DNA from: Thermoplasmata archaeon
Lineage (GTDB): Archaea; Thermoplasmatota; Thermoplasmata; RBG-16-68-12; JAGMCJ01
DNA: 64,000 nt
Reading direction: 5' to 3'
Assembly: GCA_046761045.1 (NCBI GenBank)
Contig: JBHIFJ010000001.1
Coordinates: 89,785 to 153,784, forward strand
Shown one piece after another: positions 46,463 to 56,163 of the stretch (the first letter of the stretch is position 1; the number at the start of each line of letters is the position of its first letter). The notes beneath the pieces are model-generated. The model ran no database searches. It saw only the letters and a list, made by a program, of their open reading frames with translations, and was not told the origin of the DNA. A program made the translations under genes and the position numbers.

Positions 46463-46723
46463 ATGTATTGCCCAAAATGCGGAGCTGAGGTCGAGGAGAA
46501 GGCAACCTACTGTCCTCGCTGCGGACACCGAATCAAGCCGAAATCAGGGAAGTTCGTGGACGACGCTGGACGAATCACAGGTGAGGCCATAGAGGGTGCT
46601 GTGGACCTCACGGAGAAGGCCTATGAGAAGACGAAGCCCGTCGTCAAAAGCGCAGCGAAGAAGACGAAGGGGCTCGTGAAAGGTGTCGCCAAGAAGCTCA
46701 AGGGGGACGAAGAAAAGTCTTAA
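46463..46723 (+). CDS. Small zinc-ribbon protein with Lys-rich tail
   Basis: MYCPKCGAEVEEKATYCPRCG. Confidence 0.5.
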   Translation: MYCPKCGAEVEEKATYCPRCGHRIKPKSGKFVDDAGRITGEAIEGAVDLTEKAYEKTKPVVKSAAKKTKGLVKGVAKKLKGDEEKS

Positions 46724-46736
46724 ATCGACCTGACTC

Positions 46737-47792
46737 TTGCACCGTAGCATGGCCGGTTCCAGGTTCGACCTCATTGCGAGGGGAGCGGAAGAGGTAGTCA
46801 CGGAGGAGGAGCTAGCTGCACTCCTCGACGGGAAGGAAAGGATACGCTCCTACGTTGGCTTCGAACCGTCTGGCCTGATGCACATCGGTCAGGGCTTCGT
46901 CATTGCCCGCAAGGTCGTGGACTTCTCCGAGGCTGGGCTGGACACGATCATATTGCTGGCGGACTGGCATGCATACATCAACGACAAGCTCGGCGGGAAC
47001 CTGGACAGCATCAAGCTGTGCGGGGACTACGTGCGGGACTGCTTCATCGCGCTGGGCGTGGACCCAGGCAAGACCGAGTTCCTTTTCGCACACGACCTCG
47101 TGGGCAGGCGGGAGTACTGGCAGAAGGTGCTATCCATATCCAAGAATGCCACCGTCTCGCGAATGAGGAGGGCCATGACGATTATGGGGCGAAAAGAGGA
47201 GGACGCCGACATCGATGCCTCCAAGCTCATCTATCCCGCGATGCAGGCCGCTGACATAGTCGAGCTGGACCTCGACATCGCGCTAGGGGGTATGGACCAG
47301 AGGCACGCACATATGCTCCTGCGGGATGTGGCAGACAGGATTGGTGCGAGAAAGCCCGTGGCCGTGCACACGCCACTGCTATCCGGACTGCAAGGTGGCG
47401 GGAGGATGGACTCCTTCGAGGGCAAGATGAGTAAGTCAAGGCCAGAGACATTCATATCGATTCACGAGGAGCCTGATGTGGTTGAGCGGAAGATCGGGAA
47501 GGCGTTCTGCCCTGAGGGTGATGTTCAGGACAATCCTGTGCTTGAGATCTGCAGGCTGATTGTCTTCCCCGAGATCGAGGAGTTCAAGGTCGAGCGGGAG
47601 GAGAAGTTCGGCGGGGATGTTGTTTTCGCCAGCTATGAGGAGCTCGCAGAGGCGTTCGCAGCCAGGGAGCTGCATCCTAGTGATTTGAAGACAGCCACGA
47701 TACGGTATCTCAACGAGGTCCTAGAGCCCATCCGGAAGTACTTCGAGATGAATCCAGACAACTACGAGAAGATGATTGAGCTGACATCGTAG
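46737..47792 (+). CDS. tyrS: Tyrosyl-tRNA synthetase (archaeal-type class I)
   Basis: GFEPSGLMHIG (HIGH-like), LLADWHAYIN, KMSKS. Confidence 0.85.
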   Translation: MHRSMAGSRFDLIARGAEEVVTEEELAALLDGKERIRSYVGFEPSGLMHIGQGFVIARKVVDFSEAGLDTIILLADWHAYINDKLGGNLDSIKLCGDYVRDCFIALGVDPGKTEFLFAHDLVGRREYWQKVLSISKNATVSRMRRAMTIMGRKEEDADIDASKLIYPAMQAADIVELDLDIALGGMDQRHAHMLLRDVADRIGARKPVAVHTPLLSGLQGGGRMDSFEGKMSKSRPETFISIHEEPDVVERKIGKAFCPEGDVQDNPVLEICRLIVFPEIEEFKVEREEKFGGDVVFASYEELAEAFAARELHPSDLKTATIRYLNEVLEPIRKYFEMNPDNYEKMIELTS

Positions 47793-47800
47793 TGAGCGCG

Positions 47801-48520
47801 ATGGACAAGGATGAGATTCGCCAGATGATCTGGGACGTGATGGAGGGGAAGGACATCGCTCTTTTCCCTCGCCCAGTCCACGGACGTATTCCCAACTTCA
47901 AGGGTGCGGACGCAGCCGCAAGGAAGATGGAGCAGCTGGACATTTGGCGTGAAGCGAGATTCGTGAAGTGCAATCCAGACAGCCCGCAGAGGCCCGTCAG
48001 GGAGGCAGCTCTTCAGAGCGGCAAGACGATCTATATGGCCGTCCCCCGCTTGAGGGAGGAGAAGTGCTTCATCCGAGTGGACCCTGACTATGCGGGGTCG
48101 CCGCGAAAAGCATCGACGATACGAGGCGCGTTCAGGTACGGAAGGGCCGTCCACCCCCATGAGATGAACCCAGTCGACCTGGTTGTCGCGGGCTCTGTTG
48201 CCGTGGACCGAGCGGGCGGAAGGGTCGGAAAGGGTGGCGGCTACTCTGATCTGGAATACGCTCTTGGGCGGGAATTCAGCATTCTCGATGAGGATGCGCC
48301 AATCGTGACCACCGTCCATCCGATTCAGGTCTTGGACATAGACATTCCCATGCTGGAGCACGATGTGCCGATTGACTTCATAGTTACGAGAAGGTACACA
48401 ATCGAGTGCAGGAGGAGGGGGAAGCCACGGGGAATCCTCTGGGAGAAGCTCGGTGAGGAGATGCTTGAGAGCATTCCTATTCTGAAGATCCTGTCGAAAT
48501 CGCGAAAAGGCTTTATGTGA
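47801..48520 (+). CDS. 5-formyltetrahydrofolate cyclo-ligase family protein
   Basis: ..GKGGGYSD..LDEDAPIVTTVHP.. MTHFS-family pattern; ORF-track start 47792 is GTG overlapping tyrS stop; ATG 47801 preferred. Confidence 0.7.
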   Translation: MDKDEIRQMIWDVMEGKDIALFPRPVHGRIPNFKGADAAARKMEQLDIWREARFVKCNPDSPQRPVREAALQSGKTIYMAVPRLREEKCFIRVDPDYAGSPRKASTIRGAFRYGRAVHPHEMNPVDLVVAGSVAVDRAGGRVGKGGGYSDLEYALGREFSILDEDAPIVTTVHPIQVLDIDIPMLEHDVPIDFIVTRRYTIECRRRGKPRGILWEKLGEEMLESIPILKILSKSRKGFM

Positions 48521-48537
48521 GCGGGTCGTTGTTGATA

Positions 48538-48824
48538 CGCCAGGAGACCGTGGACGGCTGACGGTGCCTCCGGGTGCTGAGGAAAGTCCCCCCTCCTACA
48601 AAAGGTGGACTGGTGCAAGCCAGTTGTCCGAGAGGGCAGGCAAGGGCGCAGAAACGACACAGCCGCTGGACAACGCGATGATTCGTTCGGCGATGAGGTC
48701 TCCAGCGGATCTGGTGAGACGGCGACTCCCCACCGGAGCAAGTCCAAATTAGCAGGTAGGACGCTTAGTCGAATGCCGTCGGAACAGAAGGGGGCTTACG
48801 GCGGTGACCTGGCAACTCCTGCGT
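48538..48824 (+). ncRNA. rnpB: RNase P RNA (archaeal type)
   Basis: GAGGAAAGUCCCCCCUCC (CR-I/P4), GAGAGGGCAG, CUCCCCACCGGAGCAAGUCCAAAUUAGCAGG, GGAACAGAAGGGGGCUUACGG (CR-V ACAGAAnnnGGCUUA); terminal P1 CAGGAG/CUCCUG; ends approximate. Confidence 0.8.
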
Positions 48825-49365
48825 CCTCATCGGGCAGATTCCATTCTCCGACCTGCTTCAATATGCGCTGCAGTCGGTTCAAATAGGGGTCTGCAGTGTG
48901 ATTGCGGATCACCTGACTGGAATGCAACCTTCCTATCATTCTCCCACGGCAAGAACTTCAATCCCTTCGTGCCCATTAGGCAGGACTGCGCTCGGTGGGA
49001 TTGCCGGGCACCTATGTTTCCTAAAAGGCGAGTGAATCCGGACTCCTTCTGAAAAAGAGCACATCGGTCGTTTCTATGCAAACACATCCACGAGGTAGTG
49101 CGTAGAGTGCGTGAGGGGGCCATGTGAACGGAAGGGCCTGTGTGGCGACTGCAGTCGCGGCTATCGCAGTCCTCCCAAGTGCTGGCTCGCAGTTCATGGA
49201 CGGAAATGCCGATGACAGAGCCCGAGACGAGATATGATTCACAGCCATTCCAGCGCTCCCCGTGCCTCATCGCCACGATACTCTCGCGATCGGTACTCTT
49301 GCACCGGTGAGGATGGTAAATCACCTTGCGACTAAGACGGGCCCAAAGCGTCAGGAGGGGCGAAC

Positions 49366-50151
49366 TCAGAACCTCCTGTGCTCCCCGTGACCCGGCCTCA
49401 GGCACGCGCCGTGAGTGCAGGTGTCGAAGAACTCGTATACGATCTCCGGAACGCCCAGCTCTACGGGAAGACCGAATCCTTTGATGACATCATGCGAGAT
49501 GGGCTCGTCGTGCGAGATATAGCCTCCCGTCAGGTACTCAGCGAGGCTCTTGGCCTCCTTGGCCTTCATCCTACGCTTTAGAAGCCATCGCACGAAGTTC
49601 TGGACCTCGGAGATCGACAATCTCGCGATGTCCGCAAGAACAATGGTCTTATCGTCGATCGCCTGAATAGGCTTCCTCTCAAGAATGGAGACGAGCGAGT
49701 TCGACGGAAGTCCGTCTATCTGCGGGTCGAGCGGGCCCATGACGCTAAAGCGCTCCATTCTTATCTCGTCAGCAGCGAGCGCTATCATTGTCCCGCCAGA
49801 CATCGCATAGAAGGGGACATGCACTGTCACCTTCCCCTTGTGCATCTTCAATGCGATAGCGATCATCTGAGCCGCCAGGGCAATCCCCCCGGGTGTGTGA
49901 AGGATGAGTTCAACGGGCTGTTTCTTGCCAGCTCGCTTGATGTTCAGAAGGACCTTTTCCGAGTCCTCGATTTCGATCTCGGGATAGCCCTCCCCCTTGA
50001 CCCAAGGCTCCTTTCTATGAACCATCGTGACGACTTTCGAGCCCCTCTCCTTTTCCATCCTCGCTATGATTCGCTCCCTTCTGGCGAGGATTTGATTCCT
50101 CAGCTCCTCTCTCCAGCTCCATTCTCGGTCATCCTTGTTCGTATTTTTCAC
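49366..50151 (-). CDS. SDH-family (ClpP/crotonase-fold) serine protease
   Basis: ELILHTPGG...FYAMSGGTMIALAADE motifs; GTG start 50151 overlaps stop of upstream MFS gene (GTGA) with GAGGAG just upstream; ORF-track N-terminal 284 codons rejected. Confidence 0.65.
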   Translation of the reverse strand: MKNTNKDDREWSWREELRNQILARRERIIARMEKERGSKVVTMVHRKEPWVKGEGYPEIEIEDSEKVLLNIKRAGKKQPVELILHTPGGIALAAQMIAIALKMHKGKVTVHVPFYAMSGGTMIALAADEIRMERFSVMGPLDPQIDGLPSNSLVSILERKPIQAIDDKTIVLADIARLSISEVQNFVRWLLKRRMKAKEAKSLAEYLTGGYISHDEPISHDVIKGFGLPVELGVPEIVYEFFDTCTHGACLRPGHGEHRRF

Positions 50152-51248
50152 CTCCTCTTGAGTCCGACCAAAGGGACGATGAGTAGCGATACGCCCGCAA
50201 CGACGAGGGTCGCCTGAACACTCACGAATAGAGTGAGAAGCAGGCAAAGGAACGCTCCCAGCGTCCTCCCTGCATTCAGTGTAAGCTCTCTCACCATTAT
50301 AGCATTTTGCGACGAGGCTGCCCTGTCCATCGCGAGGGCGAAGAGGAAGATCGGAAGGAGTGGCAGAAAGAAGTATATGACGCCGATTGTGATGCCAAAC
50401 GCGACGAGATTGGAAACGAAGGCTGCAAGGAGCAGAAGAGGTCCGCAGATCAGAGCAGCCAGATTGATGAAGAGCATCCTGTTGCCCTTCCTGTCTGAGA
50501 GCTTTCCAGCAACAACCGACATGACGCCGCCAGCGACGCCAATGGCCGCGAGTATCTTGCCCAGTTCGAACTCCTCTCCCACGAAAAGGAAGGTCGCAAG
50601 GGGGATTGCGATTGTGAAGACGCCTTCTTGTATGCCCTCTAGGAAGAAGCCAGCCGAGGTGTATGATTTCACCTCCGTGCGCTGCACCCTCGGCGTGTAC
50701 TTCCTCGCGAACTTCCTCCAAGTGAGGAGCACGAGTGTCGAGGTCACTATCAAAAGGATCAATGCAACAGAGAACAGGACATCGTACCCAAGGTTCTGAA
50801 TGGTTGCACCGCCCGCGAGCGGGCCGAGGAAGTAGACGATTGGGAATACGAGGAAGGATACGCTGATGATGAGGCCCCTGTTCTTGGCGGTGGTCAAGTC
50901 GATCATCGCTATACTGAGGGGTATCCAGAAGAGGACGACAGATAGGGCTATGAGCACCGGAACAGCGTTGAGGAGTGCGTGTCCCGACAGGAACAGGAAA
51001 CATCCGAACGAGACTCCAAGAAGAATCAGGCCGAGTGTCATCGAGACGTCTGCTCTGGGGAATCTCGTCCTCGAAAAAACGAGCACCAGAAGGGTTGCCA
51101 GCAGGTATTCGAGCAGGTAGAGCCAGGCGGCCTGCTGGATGCTATAGCCCTCCCTGATCAGGAAAACGAGAGAGAAGGAGCCTGCAAAGAACCAGGCAAG
51201 GACAAGGATTGCCTCATATGTCAACAATCGTGCTAGCTTTCCGAGCAC
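50148..51248 (-). CDS. MFS-type transporter
   Basis: 366 aa, ~11-12 TM, MFS motif A GKLSDRKGNR. Confidence 0.7.
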   Translation of the reverse strand: MLGKLARLLTYEAILVLAWFFAGSFSLVFLIREGYSIQQAAWLYLLEYLLATLLVLVFSRTRFPRADVSMTLGLILLGVSFGCFLFLSGHALLNAVPVLIALSVVLFWIPLSIAMIDLTTAKNRGLIISVSFLVFPIVYFLGPLAGGATIQNLGYDVLFSVALILLIVTSTLVLLTWRKFARKYTPRVQRTEVKSYTSAGFFLEGIQEGVFTIAIPLATFLFVGEEFELGKILAAIGVAGGVMSVVAGKLSDRKGNRMLFINLAALICGPLLLLAAFVSNLVAFGITIGVIYFFLPLLPIFLFALAMDRAASSQNAIMVRELTLNAGRTLGAFLCLLLTLFVSVQATLVVAGVSLLIVPLVGLKRR

Positions 51249-51332
51249 CTTCCGTGATATACAGAGGGGATATTAAGCCATTTACAACGAACTGTACCGA
51301 TATTTTCATATTCCCCGGAATCCAAAGAACTA

Positions 51333-51665
51333 GTGATGTCGAGGGAGCTAGTAGTTCTCGTGAAGAGCGAGGAGATGACGGTGCGGAAGAAGCGCTACAA
51401 TCCGTTCTACGGTCACTACTGTACTGCCCGCGAAATTGAGCAGAGGACTCGGGGTCTCTCGCCAGACGAAGCGAAGACCATAGCCCGTGTCCAGGAGTTC
51501 ACCAAGCACGAAAAGATGGTCTTCAGGATTCTTGGGATCTCCGATCTCAGGGTTCGGCTCAGGTACAGGTTGGCGAGGGACGAGAGGACGCCCATCGTCA
51601 TTTGCGGCAGGAGGATGTTTCGGGGCGTCCCCACCATGGGCGACCTCTCCAAGCTCGTTGGCTGA
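51333..51665 (+). CDS. Hypothetical small protein (110 aa)
   Basis: ORF with plausible composition. Confidence 0.35.
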   Translation: MMSRELVVLVKSEEMTVRKKRYNPFYGHYCTAREIEQRTRGLSPDEAKTIARVQEFTKHEKMVFRILGISDLRVRLRYRLARDERTPIVICGRRMFRGVPTMGDLSKLVG

Positions 51666-51752
51666 TTTGGGCAGGAACTGTGATGCGAATCTCCTGCGGT
51701 GTCCCTTCCAGGCGGAAGATACAAATATCCATAGTCGAATCCAACTCTCCAG

Positions 51753-53651
51753 ATGTGTGGGGGCCTCTGCCGATTGAAAGCCTCAGCTGCTTGCTTTGCG
51801 ATTATCCTCTCGATTCCGGTCATTGCCTTTACCGTCCCGTCCATCGGACATGAGAATGACCAGCATTTCGCTCACGTAATGAAATCCCAACCGGCCTTGG
51901 GCTCGGAGGAGAACTACTCTGTCGCTATAGGCGATGGACACATGCATTCTCTGCATTCGAGCGGGGCAACATCAATCCATGAGAACTCAGATGTGGCGAA
52001 GTCCAGGGGTCTCAATTGGATATTTCCCACCGACCACAATGTCGTGCCGCCGCAGTCCGAATGCGATGCTGAAAACAGCGAGAGCTTCAGATGTTTGGTG
52101 GGTGAAGAGGTGACAACTTGGGACGGTCACATTCTAGGATGGGGCCTGAAGGAACTCGTATCCTGGAACCTGGGACCCGATAGAGACATGAACGATATCT
52201 TCGAGGATATCCACGTTCAAGGCGGACTTGCTGTACTGGCGCATCCCATGGCCCCAGACGCGCCGGATCGCTACCAGTATTTCGGTGTCTATGAGGACTT
52301 TGACGGGTTGGAGGTCTATCACGGCTATGGCGGGTTAAATGCAGCGTTTCCCACCACGATGGACGGCGACGCACTCACCAAATGGGAGGAGTATCTGAAT
52401 GCGGGCATCAGGAAGACGGCAGTCGGTGACAGCGATTGTCACGATGGCAACAACGTTTGGAACGAGGGGGACCTTCTGAATCTTCAGGGTGCGATAGGCT
52501 TTCCCAGGAACGTCCTCCTGGTGAAGGAGTTCAGCCGGCAGGGGATACTGGAAGCAGTTTCCAAGGGGAGGCTCTATGTCACCGACGGTCCGGTTCTGAA
52601 CTTCACAATTGATGGTCACATCCTCAGCGAGACGATTCGATCCTCGGTTCCGGCAACGCTCAACGTGAGCGTATCCGGGTATGCCAACGAGTCCTCTCAG
52701 GTCAGGCTCATAAGAAATGGATCAGTCATAAGCTCCTGGTCAGTGGGAGCAGGCTGGTTCTCTGTTTCGGAATCCACGCTCGCCGACTCGGATTTCTGGT
52801 ACAGGACTGAGATCCGGACCTTCAACGGAGGGATATTCAAAGGGGAGACATACGTTGCCTTCACCAATCCAATTTTCTTCGATTTGGAACCGTATGATCT
52901 GCCTCCTGCCCCGCCCAAGAACCTGATGGCCGAGTTGAGCGGGAATGATGTCTTTCTCTCCTGGGACCCATCCACCTCGGCAGATGTGGACCACTATCAT
53001 ATATACGTATCGAATTCGTACGGCAACTTCAGCTTCCTCTATCCGGTCGCGAGGACAGCGGGCACCAACTGGACGCATCAAGGGGTGGGGGTAGGCAACA
53101 ACGAGGACTTCTTCTACATCGTGCGCGCAGTGGACAAGATGGGATATGAGGACAACAACACAAGAAAGGCAGCGAAGACCTCAAGGTTTCTGGCAAGCGG
53201 GAAGCATCTGATTTCCCTTCCTCTCGTTCCTGCTAATGATAGCCTCCACAGCATCCTTCAGACCGTCAGCCTCGACCGAGTGTGGGCCTATGAGTCCGGG
53301 CGGTGGGCGAAGTTCTCGAGCTTCAAGGACTACTCGGACCTGAGCTCCATGACGCACCTAGGCGGATACTGGCTTAACGTCACGCAGGACTCGTTTTTCA
53401 TTCTGGCGGGAGCCGTGCCAGAGGAGACAACCATCGATGTGCGAGAGGGCTGGAATCTTGTGAGTTTTCCGTCCTTCCTTGAGATGAGCGTCTCGGACGT
53501 TATGGCTAGCCTTCCGCTCAAGCGTGTTGAGGGACCATCTGGCGGGCCGCCGCACCATCTGAGGAGGCTCACAGCACTCGACAGTCTCCAGCCATTCCAG
53601 GGATACTGGTTCGAGGTCTCGGCGAACTCCACATGGATCGTCCCCGGCTAG
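51753..53651 (+). CDS. Secreted PHP-domain phosphoesterase with FN3 domain and tandem-duplicated C-terminal 'GWNLxSxP...GYWxEV' domain
   Basis: Signal peptide AACFAIILSIPVIAFTVP; PHP His motifs GDGHMHSLHS, VLAHP; FN3 (PPAPPKNLMA...WDPS..DVDHYHIYVS); C-terminal repeat shared with 53648-56110 and 57434-60745 proteins. Confidence 0.75.
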   Translation: MCGGLCRLKASAACFAIILSIPVIAFTVPSIGHENDQHFAHVMKSQPALGSEENYSVAIGDGHMHSLHSSGATSIHENSDVAKSRGLNWIFPTDHNVVPPQSECDAENSESFRCLVGEEVTTWDGHILGWGLKELVSWNLGPDRDMNDIFEDIHVQGGLAVLAHPMAPDAPDRYQYFGVYEDFDGLEVYHGYGGLNAAFPTTMDGDALTKWEEYLNAGIRKTAVGDSDCHDGNNVWNEGDLLNLQGAIGFPRNVLLVKEFSRQGILEAVSKGRLYVTDGPVLNFTIDGHILSETIRSSVPATLNVSVSGYANESSQVRLIRNGSVISSWSVGAGWFSVSESTLADSDFWYRTEIRTFNGGIFKGETYVAFTNPIFFDLEPYDLPPAPPKNLMAELSGNDVFLSWDPSTSADVDHYHIYVSNSYGNFSFLYPVARTAGTNWTHQGVGVGNNEDFFYIVRAVDKMGYEDNNTRKAAKTSRFLASGKHLISLPLVPANDSLHSILQTVSLDRVWAYESGRWAKFSSFKDYSDLSSMTHLGGYWLNVTQDSFFILAGAVPEETTIDVREGWNLVSFPSFLEMSVSDVMASLPLKRVEGPSGGPPHHLRRLTALDSLQPFQGYWFEVSANSTWIVPG

Positions 53652-56110
53652 TTGTTGACAATCCACCAACATTCCTGCGGAACCTCTATCCACAGCCCCA
53701 TTCCGGGAGAGAGAACGTCCGTGGGCGAGAGCACCCTCAAATAGTGTGGAGGAGCGAGCGGGTCGAAGCCCTCAATCCTCGTCCATGGAACCCCCGCCAA
53801 GACATCCCCAATCGTCCGATTCGCGAACGAGGGATAGCCTACGAGGTTCCATCCGTACCTGAGCTTCACCCAGGTCGTTGGCACCTTCACGCCCCAGACA
53901 ACGAGGTCCCCCTCAGCAACCATGTGAATCCAGAATCCCATCCGGTTGTTGATCTCCCTAAGCTCGTTCAGAGACGGATCTCTTCCCGGTCTGTACGTCC
54001 TCCATTCGTCTCCAGTCAGGGTCGTGTTGTAGTATCTGACCATGTCATACTTCCCATCGATGGAGGCGAGCACGGATTCGATGCTGCGGTTTGGTCCGAC
54101 GAAAGGGAGGGAAATGAGATTCCATCCGGCATTGATGTGCATGGTACCGACAAGCGTGAGGTTCGAGCAAGCAATGTTGTTGGACTCATCCGTCTCAAGG
54201 TACTTATCGAGTGGGTCAACCTGTACGCAGAACTCATGCTCGCCCGTTGTCATGTTCGCGGTCGAGAAGGGAATCGACGTTGAGTTGGCGGAGTGATGGA
54301 AGACATCCATGCTGTTGTTCCCTAGCAGGGTCCCGCCGCTCCTCGGGTTGCCTTGATAGAAGGAGACGGTGACATCAGTGGTGGGATACTCTCCAAGATT
54401 TGAGACATTGGCTGTGATATTGAGGTCCTTGCCCGCGACCACTGGATATGGCGAGAAACCAACGGTTGTTTCATTCACGCTCAGGTCTGGGAGATAGCTT
54501 GCATTGTAGGGGGCCAGCTTTGGGTCACCGACTATGGCGTCCATCCAGCTGAGGCCGATCTCGGACGCCATGGAGAAGCTCTCAGCGAGGGTGTATCCCT
54601 CTGTATAGGCCTTGAAGAGGATGTTAGGATGGGCCACGGCGCCCAGGTAGGGCTCGTACACATAGCCCTTGAGTCCCGTGACGCCATCTCTCAGGAGGTC
54701 GGCGACGAGCGACTGGCCGTAGGAAGTTCCATAGATGAAGCTCCTCCCGCCAGTGGAGACGTAGGTCTCCGCGAGGGCGCCGGGAATCCATTCGTTGTGC
54801 GGCTTTATGTCCACAAGCCTCACGTCATCGAAGACAACCGTTCCTCTGGACTCGGAGAGAACGGCCGATATCTGTATTCTCGTCTCGTTCCTGGGCTCGA
54901 GTATGACTTGGCCGAGAGAGACATAATTGGCGGTTGTTCCGGTCCTTGCGGAGCCGTTCAGAACGGTCACAGGACTTCCCGTTTCGTTCAGGACCCTTAT
55001 CTGGAGGAAGGCGCCGTGATCCGGAGAAACGCCTGAGAGGTTCGCATAGCCGCGGATGTGATACCGCCTGTCAGGGGCGACGGTGACGTTCTGTGTCACC
55101 GCTGCGAGATTCGCATCAGCACTGGTTCGCGTGATCTGCACGGACCAGCTTCCGGTGCGAACATCTGTGCTGTTTCTCGATAGAATCGCAGTGCCCGAGC
55201 TGTCCTCATAGGTCCAATCATCGGGCACGCCATTCAGGTCAATGTCATCTTCGAAACCCGCGTTCTTGTTCTCTGGTACGTACCAGCTGCCGTCATTGCT
55301 TCCCCAACTCGTATACCCCGCAATGTCGGAGTGGTTCGTGAGAAATTCGTTCGTCTGATCGAGCATGACGTCAAAACCCTTCTGGCGCAGGATGAAATCA
55401 GCGTCTATCATCCAGTCGTTCCCAATCTTGTAGCCTCCACCCTTTCGCGGGTCCGTGTCCAAGAGGAATATGCCCCTTCTTCCAATGGCGAGTGTGGCTT
55501 TGTCTATCAGTGCAATCGCTTCCTCCTTTGTGAAGGCCGTGAGCCTGGTCACGATGTAGAAGTGATATTGCGCGTGCGAGAAAGGCTGCGATGAATTGAA
55601 GTAGGGGTTGGCAAGCCAGCGGAAGTTGCCAATGGAGCCAGAAAAGACATCGTTGATCAGCGCCAGTTCAGAATCGACCGAGGCGGAGTATTCCCAAGGT
55701 GAGTCGGAAACCTTCAGCGGGACTCCTTTCGTGGTCACGATGACATTTATCTTGTCGACTAAACCGTTGCTGATCATGAAGTTCTCAACCTGAGACCTGA
55801 GGTTGCCAAAGGTCGGGCGGTCGATGACCTCAGACTCCGTGATGGTCACGTTGCAGATCCTCTCCCAGGGTATGTTCCTCTGGGTCGCGAAGTAGTCCGC
55901 AATATCCATGGAAGTCTGCGAGTTCAGGTTTCGGATGACCATTACGTCGCTGTAGTTGACTATCTCGACGAACCTCTGCGAGAGCAGCGACATGGGTTGG
56001 TGGAGGGACCTGGAGAAAACTGGTTTTGTATCTGCCTCTTCCTGATTCAGGAAGGGAAGCATGAGAAGAATGGCTACGAGCAAGCAGAGCAATAACCTCT
56101 TCGAAGGCAT
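53648..56110 (-). CDS. Secreted putative hydrolase with central CBM-like beta-sandwich and tandem-duplicated C-terminal 'GWNLxSxP...GYWxEV' domain
   Basis: Start at ATG 56110 (MPSKRLLLCLLVAILLMLPFL signal peptide); CBM-like block GFEDDIDLNG...WSVQITRTS...VVFDDVRLVDI; C-terminal repeats. Confidence 0.75.
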   Translation of the reverse strand: MPSKRLLLCLLVAILLMLPFLNQEEADTKPVFSRSLHQPMSLLSQRFVEIVNYSDVMVIRNLNSQTSMDIADYFATQRNIPWERICNVTITESEVIDRPTFGNLRSQVENFMISNGLVDKINVIVTTKGVPLKVSDSPWEYSASVDSELALINDVFSGSIGNFRWLANPYFNSSQPFSHAQYHFYIVTRLTAFTKEEAIALIDKATLAIGRRGIFLLDTDPRKGGGYKIGNDWMIDADFILRQKGFDVMLDQTNEFLTNHSDIAGYTSWGSNDGSWYVPENKNAGFEDDIDLNGVPDDWTYEDSSGTAILSRNSTDVRTGSWSVQITRTSADANLAAVTQNVTVAPDRRYHIRGYANLSGVSPDHGAFLQIRVLNETGSPVTVLNGSARTGTTANYVSLGQVILEPRNETRIQISAVLSESRGTVVFDDVRLVDIKPHNEWIPGALAETYVSTGGRSFIYGTSYGQSLVADLLRDGVTGLKGYVYEPYLGAVAHPNILFKAYTEGYTLAESFSMASEIGLSWMDAIVGDPKLAPYNASYLPDLSVNETTVGFSPYPVVAGKDLNITANVSNLGEYPTTDVTVSFYQGNPRSGGTLLGNNSMDVFHHSANSTSIPFSTANMTTGEHEFCVQVDPLDKYLETDESNNIACSNLTLVGTMHINAGWNLISLPFVGPNRSIESVLASIDGKYDMVRYYNTTLTGDEWRTYRPGRDPSLNELREINNRMGFWIHMVAEGDLVVWGVKVPTTWVKLRYGWNLVGYPSFANRTIGDVLAGVPWTRIEGFDPLAPPHYLRVLSPTDVLSPGMGLWIEVPQECWWIVNN

Positions 56111-56163
56111 CTGGACCGCACCTAATCGCGGTGAAAAATGAATCTTCCACGTATTAACTCTTG

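Noticed and set aside
48325-48886. ORFs 48325-48747(-), 48564-48752(+), 48605-48886(+)
   Set aside because: They overlap the RNase P RNA; translations are low-complexity and Arg/Ser/Gly-rich.
48830-49365. SRP (7S) RNA in the unassigned region after rnpB
   Set aside because: Only partial resemblance (CGGAAGG) to the helix-8 motif; no GGAAGG.AGCAGC / GNAR context found by eye. Left as an unassigned candidate ncRNA region.
50152-51003. N-terminal 284 codons of ORF 49366-51003
   Set aside because: Arg/His/Pro-rich junk composition, and it overlaps the well-supported MFS gene in another frame; protease start moved to GTG 50151.
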